A stretch of 63,497 bases of DNA, filler included, from Choristocarpus tenellus KU-1152 (GCA_964200185.2; 9 parts of 9 records of this genome joined end to end with filler, not necessarily neighbours in it), one strand, 5' to 3'; numbered from the whole stretch's first letter, positions 24,719 to 39,215 are shown. Notes: generated from the letters alone by a model not told the origin. A program made the numbers and translations.

Positions 24719-27700
24719 TTAGTCATGCGCTGCTGTCATGTCACCTTGGTAGACTTTTGCCCACAATGTGGTCACAACCTACATGTTGCACAAGGCGATC
24801 AAAACAGATAGTACAAATCAAATGGCAGCAGCTACCTACCCCAAAGCCCTGTTCAAAAAAACAAAAAATCCAATACAAACATAGAGGTCCTTGGACTACA
24901 AATGTCATCAAAAGTGCATCACATGTGACCAAAGAGTTGCTCCTTTACCACCCCTCCACTTTCAATTTTCTCTCACTTTTCAAAAACAGACCAGACCCAA
25001 AGCCCCTTCATCAAACAAATTTTTAGACTCCAGGACCAGGAACATCTATAACCCTTCAAAGCCACTTCTACCAATACAAACACTGTGCATAGAAATGAAT
25101 TATCCATTTCAGGCTCAACCTGTGTTCACTTCTATCAACACAACCATGGAAGGACAAACAATAATAATATTAACATCAAAACATTTTCTAGAAGGATGGT
25201 GCATTTGTATGAGCCTCACCACAATCAAAAACCGCGAACTGTTACCTACTCCGTGAATGGAAATCATCAATAGTAGTTAGTTGATACTGCCGGGAACAAA
25301 TGACAAACCCTAACCCTGGAAACAAAAACAAAAACAATAATGGCACACATGCCCAACAATGTCTACTATCCAATTAAAAGAAAATACTGTCCTTATCCCA
25401 GACTTTGATGAGAGAAAAAAATAATTCCAGTCACCTCCACATTGAGGGCCTTGACCCGTTGGTTCAGAATCCCAGCCCTCATGCTCTCCTGTTGAGAAAC
25501 GAGACAATCAATAGCAATTAAATGAAATGAAATTCAACACTCCAAGTTAATGAGCACATTAACAAATCTTCCAGATCTCTCCTAACGAATAATGGTGGAT
25601 ACAGCAATGACATTAAGGCTCAAAGTATCTGGAGGGGGGGGGGGTGGCTGTTCATTTGGGGCCCATTTTTCCATGTTGCAATTTTTGGGTGATTTTATTG
25701 CATGTATCAGATGGATGATGTAGGTGCACTTTTCCTGGTCAGGACCCAAATGGACACCCTGGTGCAGACCCCCCTCCCACCCCCCCAGATTCTTTGAGTC
25801 ACAACCCCCCAAACCTTTTCAAATCACCACTGCACCACAAGTACACACACACACATTCCATCCCCCAAGACTAACAATCCCCTGCATTTACACCAATCAA
25901 ACTGGAGTCAGTACCCGTAGAGAGTACACTGTACACATATTTATGCAATCATCCCACCTCTTCACTCCTTGCCTCAGCACGGGCCTGTGCAGCCAGGGCC
26001 CAGTCCAGCTCACCCTCGAGAGCACCACGGTACCTTCATGGTACCAAGTAAAAAAAGTTCAGCAAAAAGAGGGCAGTCCAAAGGATAGTCAGACACACAC
26101 ACACACACACACACACAGTGTTTATGTAGGAAAGCTGTGAGTAGTCAGTGGGTGTTGTGCTAATGTGAACACCTTGTTTTGAGTGCTCAATGGTCTTACT
26201 AGTTATATGTGCTCATTTCTCACAAGGTTTCACCACATCTCTCTGGTCTCATTATGAGAGCTATAATAAACCTTCAAGTCAGCGATATTCTTAAAATATA
26301 TACACAGCAAACATTTTCCCCCTAAGACCTCAAAGTAAAAGAGTAGGGAGTCACTTCAATGATTGTAAAACAACCCCAAAGAAAATAACATCAATCACGC
26401 CTTTCGGGTGTGATTCAACAAACCACTGTTGCATCGGTTGACAAAAAGTGATGAAATACATCAATTACTTCACCAGGGGTTTCATCTCAGTAGCTATCTC
26501 AGCAAGCAACTGAGAGGGCAATTATCCAGCACCAACTGTACTGTCCCTTCTTTCCTTCTGAAGGGACCATTGGTCAATTGCTTACTTTCAGTAACAGTAT
26601 TTATTACCGGATATGATCAAATTTCTGAACAAACAGTACATCCACTACTCAGAAATATAAGGAGTGTTAACTCAATCAATGCTAGGAATTAAAGCCCACA
26701 AATATGGTACCATTGATGGTACCATGGTACCACAACAGCCCCTCCTCCCACACAACTGCAAAACTAAGAAACAACTACTGTTATCTCTGGCAACAGTCTT
26801 GGCAAGTGGAATACAAAAAGTCATTGGTATTATAGTGGATCTGTGCAGTGTGGTGCTACGGTGGAGGTACAGATACAGATACAGAGACATAAGGGACACA
26901 ATATGGGGAAAAAAACAGACCTTTGAAATCAGTGGGAGTAGAAGAGAGCGGCGGTGGTGAATGAAATTTATTCAATGATGTATTCTGTTCTGAAAAATTA
27001 TCAGCTTGATGGACCAAGCAATTAATTCCTGAATTGCAGTAAATCAACTTGGAAAGAAATGACTTAACAATACTGAACTTTGAAGTACAAAACAACTGTC
27101 TATACCAAAACATGTTCTCGTTTTTCACACCAATTCGGTCACTAAGAAAAAGAAAAAGAGAACGGAACATTGCAGAACTTTTTTTTTTTTGCTCTTGTGA
27201 TGGGAAACATTTCCTAGTCGATTGGAACAGGTAAGGATCAGCATACAAACAGCATCAATGGTGCAGCAATACAAAACCACACAAAGACTTCTCTCTCTCC
27301 TCTCAGCCTTCAGTAACCATCACCATCTTTCCTCCAAATAATACAACCAGGTCCACTTCAAAAGAACTTTGCTCACCCTTCCCACTGCTCCCTCTCCCTC
27401 GCCAGCGCCATCTGACTCTCCATCCACCTTTCCGCTATGCCTGCCCCTTCCTCCGCTTGCCTATGATTCCCCGGTGCCCCATCTGTAGTCACAGGCAGCC
27501 CATCTCCACCTGATATACCCTTGTCACCCACACCTTCTTCTAGAACTGTTCCCATGTGCTGATCCTTGGGCAGTCCCTTCGCCTTGCACCTTTGGTCCAG
27601 GTGCCTCCCCTCATACTCGCCCTCAGAGTCTGATGAAGATATGAGACCTGAATCAAATGTAAATAGCTTTGGCTGCATTGCCAACCCTGCAACCATCTTC

Positions 27701-30700
27701 TCAAAACCCTCCAACCTCTCTCCTCCCCTCCCAAGAGATCCCAGACCAGATAAGGTCCCCGCTGTAGAGCACCCCGACCCTGGTCCAGAAAGTGAACCCG
27801 AACCAGTTATTGATTTGGGCGTGAGGTTCTTTTCCACATTTGACCTCTCTATTGATGACTGTGGGGACACTGACAGGGGTGGTCCTCCCCCCACTGGAAA
27901 GGTGCGAGCGTTGGCCCACCTGGGCATCCCCCCCACTGGTACTGTCCCTGGTCCAACAAAACATGGACTAGTGAGGACCGGTGAAGAACCCACAACCCCC
28001 CCTGCCCCCATCTGAGCCAAGGGTGACCTGCTGTTGATGTCATCACGCTGGTCAAACCTTGAGCTCTCATTGCCCAGGTCAGTCCTTGCTGCATCACCTC
28101 CTGAACCCAATCCCCCACCTGGATCCCTGCTCCCACTCCCCCCACCCAGATCCCCAGCTGGTACCAGAACGTTGTCACCATGATGGTGCTGCTGTTGAAC
28201 AGCCTTGCTTACTGCCTTGACCATCTCCTTTAACCGTGCCCTTGGAGGTGGAGTGGGAGAAGAGTCTCCTGGGTGAATAGTCAGTCCCTGGAAGCTTGGG
28301 TCCTTCACTTTAGCACGCCCCCCACCCCCACTATCCCCATCTCCATCTCCCATAGTCTCTAACCCAGGTGTGGTACTCTCTCTCTCCAGCTGTGACTCTG
28401 AAGCCATGTCCATTGCCTCTTCCCGAGGCTCGACTATTGGACCATCATCTTGGACTCTAGAATCAGAAATCTGGTCTGGAACTTCCTCTGCTTCCCCATC
28501 AGATGAAAGCATGATGTCTATGTTGGACCTATTGCTACTGAAGATATCACCATCGACTGATCTGCTAGGACCTTGGTGTTCGTTCTTCGAACGTTGACTG
28601 TGATGGTGAGCAAGGTCATCCTCAACGCTGCTCTCGTCAGTGTAACACTCATCCAGTGGCGACAGATCCACTTCTGCTGGGGTGTCAAAAGGATCAGGCC
28701 CTATAGAATCCGGACTGAGAGAGCTGCCTCGGTCTTCATCGATCATACCACTTCCTCCAAACCTTGCACCAATGGCAGATTGAGCCATAACCAATGAATT
28801 GGACCCCCGGCGAGTCCCGGGAGAGTGAAAAAGAGTGACGCGAACTGTGGACAGCTGCAGCTTGGTTGTGAGTTTGCTGGGGGAGATGTCCATTTCTGCC
28901 TGGTCGAAGACATCACATCCACCTGATTGGTACAGTGTTGTTGTTGAGAGGTGACGTGTGTGTTTGTGTGTGTGTGGAGGGGGGGAGGGTGGAAATGGCA
29001 GCAGGAGAGTGAGGTGTAAGAGAACACAAGGATAGAGTACTAAATTGAGTGTTGTTCGGTAGCGTGTTTGTCCCAAAACGTTTTTCTATGGTACTGAACC
29101 TTTTTGTCATGTAAGATGCAGTCCAACCACCATCAAAACAACTTCAACAGCACTCACTAGTATACACTTACTTGAACACTTGGTGCACACTCTATACAAA
29201 TAAACACTGTTTCAGTTCTTGCAAAGTTTACCAAAGATGAAGATGAAGACAAAGGTACCCTAAACACAATATCAAAATGCTGACAAATTATGGTGCGATC
29301 AAAGCATATGCCCCCCCCCAAAAAAAAAGAAAAAGAAACACCAGTATCACACAACAAACCATTAATCAAGTATCTCTTCTGTGTACTGCTGACCCACCTC
29401 CAGTCTGCATGAGAGCAGTGTTGCACCAAAGATCCAAAGAGTTTCCCTTTGACTTCAGTGATCCCCCTGAGGATGTAATCATCACCTATCAGAAAAAAAA
29501 GGTGGAGCAGTGTACGGCAGCAGGGTCAACTGACATCCTTCTACACATCATAGTACACATCTCTGTAAGATTTCTTTGCATTTAAAGCATCCCCCTCCCA
29601 CAAAAAGTAACACTACCACAACACAGCAAGCGTGAAGCCGTAACAGAGACACCCATCATGAGAAAAGATAAGACTATCATCCACCCAGCAGTGTTTCTGT
29701 ACATCACCAAAACTAATTCCTGTCCTCGTGCGTCTGCTCACACCCACAACTTACTTACTACACAACTATTGAAAAAATATAATCAAAGCAGTTCTAGCCT
29801 TTCTCGAATTTGGACTCTATCTCCCCCCTCAAGCGTTCACGTCACTCGTACCAGCTCTCAACAAACGCACGTGCCCCCCCCACCATCTATTGTCTCCATC
29901 TCGTGCTGGCTCTAACCAGGTCTACACTATGCACACTTTATTGGTACCTTGTCTTCGGACTCAGGCGTCTGCTCACCGACTCAAATATCACATATTCCAA
30001 TAGTATTATCCACCTACTGTTGAGTTGTATACTGCACTAAAATACACTGAATACAGCACTATACACTACTATAAAAACTTAGCTCTCACGGCATGACATT
30101 GGTACCCCATGCATGCCTGTAAAATACCAGCAACAACAGCATTATCATCCTCACTCTCAATCCACATTAATTTGCACTATGTCTAAACATCAATATTGAT
30201 TAAAAAATATACACTATCAAATATAATATTAGCAGAAGCACTAGCACTGTACTAGGTTTTCTTACCTCAAACGTCCCTTCCACCTGAACTCCAGGGGGAA
30301 GAGAAGCCTCAAACACTGTACCAACAGTACCACTGGTCCTATTACTGCTGCCGCTGGAAGGACCAGTGCCCATGGTGGAGTCCCGTTCAAGCATAGACAT
30401 ACGGCACACAAGGGTCTTTCCCTTAGGCCACTGCTGCCAAATCGTGCAGGTGGGTTTTCGCTATGGAAAAGAACAAACAAAATTTGTTTGGAGTCGGGGG
30501 TAGGAGCGGAGCAGGTGAGAAATCAGGGGAATACAGTTTACAGCAGGATACAAACATAGACTTGGTACAGCACAGCAAGGTGCAGTGATGAGAGAAGAGA
30601 CCTAGCAAGTACTGTTGTCAAAACAAAGACACCAAAAACGCAATGTACTATACACAATGTACCATACACATTTCACGCTCCTCCCTAACAACATGACGAT

Positions 30701-33700
30701 GGTAATAATAATAATAATACAAGCAATTGAAAATGTCCGTGGAGTTTGAAAATTGTTTTTGGTTGTTGCCAAGCAAAAGACATCTCCCCCCACCCACCCA
30801 GCAGTGTGTTCTAACAATAATAATAATAATAATATTAATATTGACGATGATGATGGTTATTCACACCGACTAATGTAGGAGTACATACACCACCAGAGGA
30901 GCATTTCACGCTCTGTAATTCCACTCTACTGCAACAGGCCCGTCCCATCCCAAAATATCCTCCACCTCGGGTACATGCAAACAGTACTATCAATAGTATC
31001 AATAGTAAGTACTACGACACAACAATAACAGATAGGAAACATGCAAACAATCTCTATACAAAAAAGTATATTTCTACCACTACCACTACTGCGCCATTCT
31101 CAATGCCACAGAAAAGTTCTATGGGAGGAAATCTTTCGACAGAACCATACCCACAGGACACACCAACACAACACCAACACAACACCGAGACCCCATGGTC
31201 ACATGACCCATGTCCATGTAAGAAAAGCAACAACAGAGGTTCTGTAGTGTCTGAATGTAGTGTCTGAATCAGAAACGGTGCAACTGTGCTCTCATTGTCC
31301 ATAATTGTCCATAATTGTCCATAACACCATCCTCTACACATAACACAACAGCCTACCTATCCAACAATCATGCGTGGATTTTTTCGCTCACAAGGACAGT
31401 TGCAACATCCTTCAGATCCCTGCCTGGCTGAATCTCCACCAACACAGTCCCTAGGCTGATAGGTGGCTCAACAGGAATCCTCAGGTTAGGGTCCTGACCG
31501 GGCACCATTCCAATACTGTTCTTGAGACCCCATATCTGCAAACAAATAGAGAGGGTAGGACATATATCCAGAAAGAATCGACAGGAAGAGAGATAACCAG
31601 ATGACAACAACAATGTCACACATCAATTGACAAACAAAACAAACTTGTATATTTTTATTTTTCCTTTATAAAAAAAGAAAAATCCTGCTGCAACAAGAAG
31701 ATCACTGCAGTATATCTATATATGTATATATATATATAGATATATTTTTTTTCCTCTCTTTTTCAATGTGTGTACTGACCTGATCAATGACCCTCTCATA
31801 GTAGAAGACCCACTTCCTCTGGTTCACGACCGTCAGCCCCCTGAAGTCCGACACACGCCTCTGTCAAGAGTCAAGAGTCAACACAAACAAACAACGTGGA
31901 GATGGTCATGGACACGGACATCTTCACAGAGGGGGCAACTAACAGCATTAAAAGCCGCTGCTACTGAATTAGTCAAGGCAGAATGACTCAAATGACCATG
32001 AGACCAGGCAACACCCGCTCGAAGAGTGCTTCACGAAGAAATTTCCTCACAACACAACGAACACAAAAGAAATTTCATCGATGGTCACTCTCCTTCGCCA
32101 TTCGCCGTTTAGCCTCAACAGTCATCTAATCCCCTAACCCTAACGTGCACTTGGTTGGAATGGGTGTCACACTCAAAGTGTCAACAGATCCGTAGCCTCA
32201 AAATATATACGTACATACATACATATTTTATTCTTAATGTCAGCACACAGCATGACTCCCCCTCATCATAGACATTCAAAATCATGAACATATCATCCTA
32301 GTAAAACCCTTTACTACATGGATCATGTTCTCCAGACTAAAACAAATGATAGGAAGCTTATTGTCTCCGCTTTCAAAAACTTTGATTACATCCCGACGCA
32401 GACAAACTCAAAAACAAAAACTCACTACAACAAAAACAAACAACACCTTCAATCCAGAGGCTGTTTCAACAAAAATCACCAAAAACCTTGTGGGAATATT
32501 CTCTGTTGTAAAGCTCAGGTGTAGCTGATAAGTTTTCTGATAGCACTTCAGGCAGTATGGGAGCAGTACTCACAGTAGGATTGATAGTGGCATTAATTAT
32601 AAATGCCCACATCAAGTTGACCAATGAAAGGACAGCAAACGTATTGACGAAAACATACAAACCAATTGTGGAACGAGTCTGACATGTAACACACATACTC
32701 ATTTAGACTTATATATACACCTGCATCAACACCTCTAACATTTTCAAGTATCAGAACACACAATCCGCTCCCTGCACAATTCATTCTGTACTCTCCCCCA
32801 GCCATGTCACCCCCTTTCTCACGGAGTTGTAAGTGGAGATGGCGTCCTCCACAGTACTCCCCATGCGGACCATGAGGCAAGTGGCCATGATTCCTGCCCT
32901 CCCCTTCCCAGCCTTGCAGTGAAGAGATACAACATTGTTCTCATCACTGTCCAGCCAGGCCTTGGCACTCTCGCAGAACTCCACCACGGTCCTCAGGGGG
33001 GGGCATGTGTGATCAGTGAATGGAAACCTAGTAAGAACAAGATGGATATCAGTGAGGAAGAGAAAAAAAAAAAATGTTACGGGTGACATATATATATATA
33101 TAGGTATTGTGATGGACAAGGTATAGAGGTGTGGTGTGTGAATTGGTACAAGGTAAGGGGGTAGCAGAAAGGGGATAAACAATGTATGTGAATGACTGGT
33201 GAAAGTGCAGTGAAGACAGTAGGTGAACGTTTTATGTCCCTGGTGGTGCATTGTGAAGATGCTGGATAAGAGAGACGTTTTCAAGGTGTGTGTAGTAGGG
33301 TTAGGGTTAGGGTTTGCAATGGCATGACAATAAAACCCTTTGAGGAAAATCACAGAACTCTTCTGTAATTCAGACCGAGAAAATTAATTGGGCACCTACA
33401 CACACATACACACATACATATATATACATACACAAGCCAGTTACATGCGTTTAATCTTACAAAATAGATATCAACTCGGCACTAAATATAACAAAAATCG
33501 CTTTTTTTAAATTGCTGCAGAGCATTGAGAAGCTTCAAACTGCATACTTGGCACAAGGGTTAGGCTTAGGGGATTTCAAAAATCCATTAAATAAACAAGG
33601 ACACAACTTCATTGGCCTGGCAACTCCTGTATTGCCATGCTTCATACCACAGGCACAACCAGTAGATTCAACAAATTTGCAGCCAATCTGCACTTGTTCC

Positions 33701-35752
33701 TACCAAATTGGAAAGCAACCAACCCACCATACACATGCACAAGGCCACAACACTGTCAAGTCCGTTCTCACACTCCACACCATCAACATTCAAAACATTC
33801 AAAACATTCAATCAACACGAGTTTACACAACGAGACTCTCTTCACATAAAAGGAAAACTAACAGTTTAACAGTTTGACTATACTCTTAGTTCCACCAAAT
33901 GCACAGATAGGCTACACGATGTCTCTCTCTGTACCCTCTGTAAGGCAGTCGTGGAATACATGTCATCCAGAGGGAGGTGTGACTCCTAGAGTTATCTCCA
34001 GCATATTGCAGTAGTAGACCTCCAAAACACTCAATCACCACTGCACTCATGTAACTGTCAAGCAGTCACGATATCAAAGCATCAAAGAGGCAATGTAACC
34101 TTGGAAATATCTACTAGCCCAAAGAGGAGAACTCCATCATTCCAACCTTCACCCTCCCCCATCATTCCCTCATACCTTTCGACTCGACCATGGAAGTCCT
34201 CAGCCGGATAGATTCGACCTGGTTCACTTGTAAAGTTGTACACATAGTAACTGTTGGCATGGTACTTATCCAACAGCCGACAGACCTCTGTTCGAGGGTT
34301 GCGGTATATATGCTCTGCAGTGGGTTGGAAAAGCACAGAATGATGGCGGTGGTTAAATCCAACAAAGGCACTCCTACAGATAAACAACTGCACATCCCAT
34401 TTAGGCGGGTGATTTTGGGAGGGAAATCCATATTTGACTCTTGGGGCAAGAGCAACAACCATGTTACTCAATGTTCACAAAGTGAAGGCGTCCTCAATTA
34501 TGTACAGAGATAACTCAATTATGTGTAGGGATCACGATAGAAGATGATAGGGAAAAGGTGAATTAATCTGCTCGTCTTCATTGGGAGGGAAGTGTCTCAC
34601 AGGATCAATGTTCTCTACTCAAATATACAGTGTCTTTATGTATAAACCTTCATATATTTAAAGAAGCCTGTGCCACAATCAACAACAGTTCATTGTCACC
34701 ATCAGTGAGGAGCAAGACCACATGACTCTCTTTCGCACCACACCAAATCCGGCAAACTAGCAGTAGCCTCCACCAACAGTATCTAGGGAAGAGGTGGGAA
34801 AAGATGGCTCTCACAGCAAAAGCAAGACGAACAAGAATGGGGGGGTGTAGGAGACCTCACAAACGCACAATCCCATGCAGAGCTCACCTACACCAGTGGC
34901 AGGGAAGCCATGCACGATGATCCTTTCCGTAATGTAGGTCAGATCCAGGTCGAAACCGTCCTTCGATTTTCATTAGTTCACGGTCCAGGAGAAAAACCAC
35001 CAAACAGATGGCGACAGCACACGACCCGTGTTGGTGCAGATTGTGATATTCCATCATATGAGTAGATGGGTAAGATGAACATTGGCGCATCACAGGGCAA
35101 TCGTCACATACCTGGTACACCACAACCAAACCATTGCCCGATCTTCAATCTAATCCATCATATCCCGTGCGGCTTGTGACACCAGCACCGATTGTAAAGA
35201 ATAAAAACAGTGCCTTCCTCATCAATCGACATCTAGAACAACCACTATCCTGAAGTCCAACAAGTAGGTAGGAGGAGATATCAGCATACCTCCATGAACC
35301 TATTCTTCTTCTTTGACACGGCTGAACGGCAAGGATGCAACACGACGTTGCAGGGCAAACAACATCTCGGCCATGGCCAGACCTTGCCTCAGGGGGGTGG
35401 GTTCAGGGGAAGACCATTAGGGTAGTGAGTTTTGAAATGGGAGAGAGATGCACTAGCCATGAACACTCCACGAAGAGCAGGAAGTCGACAACCAGATATG
35501 ACACGGTCAGCTTCATGGAGAGAGTGGAAGGTTCACACGACATAATTTCGTCTGTTAACAATATCCGATGTACTCGTACTCCTCCAATCTGTCCATATCT
35601 CCAGGGGATTTCAAATGCCGGGCTATATTCAAAATAGGTTTGCACGTTCAATCCTCTAACCTACGAGAAGGAGAAGTGCACTCGCATACCTTCCACCATT
35701 TCCGGTACAAGGGACCGCCACTGTGATCACGGCCGTGTCTAGCCCCCGTCAT
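24719..35752 (-). CDS. PTEN: PTEN-like phosphoinositide phosphatase (tensin-type phosphatase + C2 domain + long low-complexity C-terminal tail), about 13 exons
   Basis: Spliced exons give VSKKKNRFME|DGFDLDLTYITERIIVHGFPA (~34885-34960), HIYRNPR..YYVYNF (34175-34315), FPFTDHTCPPL..HCKAGKGRAG (32823-33027), GLTVVNQRKWVFYYE (~31780-31860), C2-like exons (~31390-31535, 30266-30460, 29397-29485) and a large exon ~28923-27377. The putative ATG at 35752 and the last small exons are less certain. Confidence 0.9.
25617..25800. mobile_element. MITE family B, uninterrupted copy, in a PTEN intron
   Basis: Ends GGCTCAAAGTATCTGGAGGG ... CCCCAGATTCTTTGAGTC. It is the reverse-complement homolog of 7028-7471 minus the nested insert. 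Confidence 0.88.
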
Positions 35753-36839
35753 AACCCCAGACGAACCTGTAGCCTGTCAAGGCAGATCGTTAAGAGGAGA
35801 TATGCAATTTTTTCCACAAGACGATGGTCTAGAGAATGAGAAAACAGAGAAGAGGGCTGAGCGACACAAGCCCTATGAGATACTAGCCAGAAGGTGATGT
35901 CGTTATTAACTAGGGCTTAGATAGGAGCTCACTCAGCTTTATAACCCAAAGGTCTTAGAGAAAATTTAACGCTGAGAGTTGAGACTTGAGATACTTGAGA
36001 AAAAGGACAGGAATAATTCCTATATTAGTTGTATAATATACTAGTAATAGTTACTATCCACAACCACATACTATCACTAGCAGTAGTTCTGCTTTGTTGT
36101 GAACAATGGATGACCACATCACGATTATTCGATATTCACTAAAAAGCGATTTCTCAAATTCCGATTTCGATATAGCTAATCAATCTGCATAAACTCCCAA
36201 ATGACTAGTGAAACTAGAGACAATATCGGAAAAATAACATTAATCTGGTCAATTCTTTAGGAACATTTCCAAATCTCGATATACCACCGTATATTTGTAG
36301 GAATAAGAAGGAAGGTAGTACCACTCTTGTTCGACTTGATATGTGTACCAAATTGTCTCAGACAATCTGGAAAATTCCCGATTTCCACACAAATACCACT
36401 ATGACAAAGAGTGGTATGATATGGGAAAAAATATTCCTAACTATTTATTTTACCGTCAAAGGTTTTTAAGTGTCAAACCATACCGTCAACAAAAGCAATA
36501 CGTAGCCCTTTCACTGTGGACCGAAATCTTCGCATGGATCTGGTGTTTCACGCAGGGGCACTAGCAGATGCTGGAACTGCTCCCTACAGGGACAAAGGTC
36601 TCCTCCTGGACATCANNNNNNNNNNNNNNNNNNNNNNNNNNNNNNNNNNNNNNNNNNNNTTAATTAATTAANNNNNNNNNNNNNNNNNNNNNNNNNNNNN
36701 NNNNNNNNNNNNNNNCTCCCCCCGTGTTGCCCCCTCACCAGCCCGCCAACAATGATGCGCTGGAGCTTCCTACCAATGACGCTTCACAGCGACCGTCGCC
36801 AAGCTTCACCAAGGATGGGCTGAACCCATCTCGGTCAAC

Positions 36840-39147
36840 GAACATGATGACTGCTACAAACGCTTAGCCTGTGTGAAGAAGTTCGCGGCAGATGGCGAGT
36901 CCTTCCTTGCATGCACCTTGGCCAAAGAGCAGGACATCATTCGGGCATGTGACAACCGCCGCGATCGCAAGCACTTCGTTGGCAACCGTGTACCTGTGTT
37001 TAAGTTGGGACCTGGAGGTGGATCTATGCTCGCAGGCGGCATTCTCGTCTGTACACAGTTTTTCAAGGCATCGTTCGGGATATCCAATCATGTCATCGAC
37101 GCTTGCAAAGGCACACCTAACGCAAGAGCATCCACCGGCGTGGAGAGGTGGGCTTGATGTATGTACACAGTGTTACTTGTACCCGGTATATTTTCCCCCT
37201 TGCTCGATGATTGAACAGTAGTCCTATCTGAGAACAATGCGATCCAACCGTACTCACCACATTCACTTTGCAGTTATCATGCCTAGATGCCTGATATACA
37301 AAGCTAGAGATCCCTCCAGCGTGGAGTAATGACTTACCACGTGTATGTATATACACGTGCGATATGTTTTTTATGCTTGAACAATATCATCTCATCCTAC
37401 CATCCCCGCGCTGCTGCAGCAGTTACCACGAGTAAATACCTACAGAATTAGAGATCCGCTGCTGGCATACGATCCCTCTAGGATTCCATCCCCCGTCCCT
37501 TGTATCCACCTCCAACACATCTCCCATCCATTTATATACATACGTGCGCTACAACAACAGGAAAGACACGAAAAAAGATAAGGACATGGCTCCGAAGCGA
37601 GACCTGGTGATGTCCTGGATAGACTACTGGGCTGATACATATGGGCAGTTCATGCCTCACAAGTCCATACTTGTGATCTACGCCGCGAACATACAGGTAG
37701 GTTTTGTCCTTGGTTGTGGAGAGGTTGGCCGCACCCTGTGTTGGAGTTGGATGCAAACCGTGTGACCCGGCAGTACGTAGAAAAGATTGATCTAAGTAAT
37801 ATTTCGAGTGGTGGATGTTCATTACTTTGACCGGTCTGATATTATGGTTAAAAGAACATGTCAAAATTCGTACGAAGTGCTATTTTTTTCGTTTGCTATG
37901 TCGAGATTACAATGTTCATGATGATACTCGTTTTCCATTTTACGAAGGAAGAAACAATAACTGTTATTTCAACGCCCTGTACACCCACTCTGCGGCCCCG
38001 GGTCCGGTCTGACATTGGTAGGAAAAGTGTGTACTTCGTATGTCTAAAGCGCTTCGCGATGATGATGATGATGGTGGTAGATTTGCCTCCTTTGCCGCTT
38101 CTGCAAACGGCAGCGAGGCCCGAACAGAATGACGCTCATGGCAGATTTACGAAGATCATTGTATTTGCTCTTTCGTAACACACGATGAAAGCTTGCTTGA
38201 TCCTGTATTCCGCGTTCTCAGTCAAGTTATTGGTCAGTCCGCCTTCGAGAGATCTTGCTGGGGTGTTCTTCTAGTGTTCCTTCTCAATAACTCCTCACTT
38301 GCCCACGCAACCGACATTTTTAATTAGGAGCTATACAAGGATTTTTGCAAAGAGGCAATACAGATGTATCCTGACGACCCTTCCAAGCAGGTAAGCAGGG
38401 CGCACTTCCTCTGATTGTTCAGAGAGGACAGGCCCAACATCAGCGTGAGGGTAGGATGCGAGTTTATAAAATGTGACATATGTGTCAAATTAAAAGAGAA
38501 GCGGCACGGTGCGCCTGGTGTAAAACCCACAAACGACTCCACCGTCCTCGAGTCCATCGATAAGGAGCTGTCAGACCATCGAGAGGTAGGTGTCCAGCAT
38601 TAATTTTCCAACAAGGGTACAGTGGCAACATGTCGCCGTCATTGCCCTCCATTATTAAGAACATCTATTTCCTTTTGCGAATGAAGACTCCCTCGCAGGT
38701 GCTTATGGCACCAGGAGTAGCCTCACTCACCGCGAAAATGTTGTTATTAGCTGCCCAAACACCTTGTATGATAGACTGCTTCCTGGTCGTGTACAACGGG
38801 GAGTGGGAGGGACAGGTCATGTAGCGGTCTTCCGGCCCCGTACGTACGTACTTCCTACCATCCTGATAACACTATGTTTGTCTTGAACGCAGCAATAAAA
38901 AACATATCCAAAGACAAACATTTATCGTTACCTTACACTCCATTTTTGTTACTAACCTGATACTTGTTAACAAGTGGCAATTTTTTTTAATCTCTGAGCA
39001 GATTTATTCGATTAATTCACGTGATGTTCCTTTCCCCCTTTGGCCAGATTATCCAAGCGATCGGCTAGTCATCGCCAACAGCACCAGCAGCGCCATGCGG
39101 GCCAAAGCCGACGGCAAACCTCTCGGATTCGTGTTCATGTCCGTAGA
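36840..39147 (+). pseudogene. Intron-containing Sola-like (Sola2-type) DDD transposase pseudogene, N-terminal half
   Basis: Four GT-AG-bounded segments (~36840-37148, 37560-37696, 38328-38585, 39049-39147) give VCTQFFKASFGIS, WIDYWADTYGQFMP, ELYKDF..HFL*LFRE..EFIKCDICVKLK..LSDHRE and GFVFMSV(D). These resemble Sola VCxxFFxxTxGIS, F.KCxxC..H and the first catalytic Asp strand. There is a stop at 38412 and a frameshift near 39056. Confidence 0.65.
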
Positions 39148-39215
39148 GAACCAAAGTATCTTAGAGGATAGAGCCGCGTCCATTTGAGGGTCAAAATACA
39201 ATGTTGTGATTTTGA
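39148..39215. mobile_element. MITE family A end (truncated by gap), inserted into the Sola-like transposase
   Basis: GAACCAAAGTATCTTAGAGGATAGAGCCGCGTCCATTTG matches the family-A terminus. Confidence 0.88.

Noticed and set aside
27373-29076. 567-aa ORF as a stand-alone gene
   Set aside because: Its first ~50 codons are intronic. It is the large internal exon of the PTEN-like gene (acceptor ~28924).
36840-39147. Fanzor/TnpB-like RNA-guided nuclease (because of the CxxC motif)
   Set aside because: No RuvC motifs seen. The motif order fits a Sola-like transposase N-terminal half.
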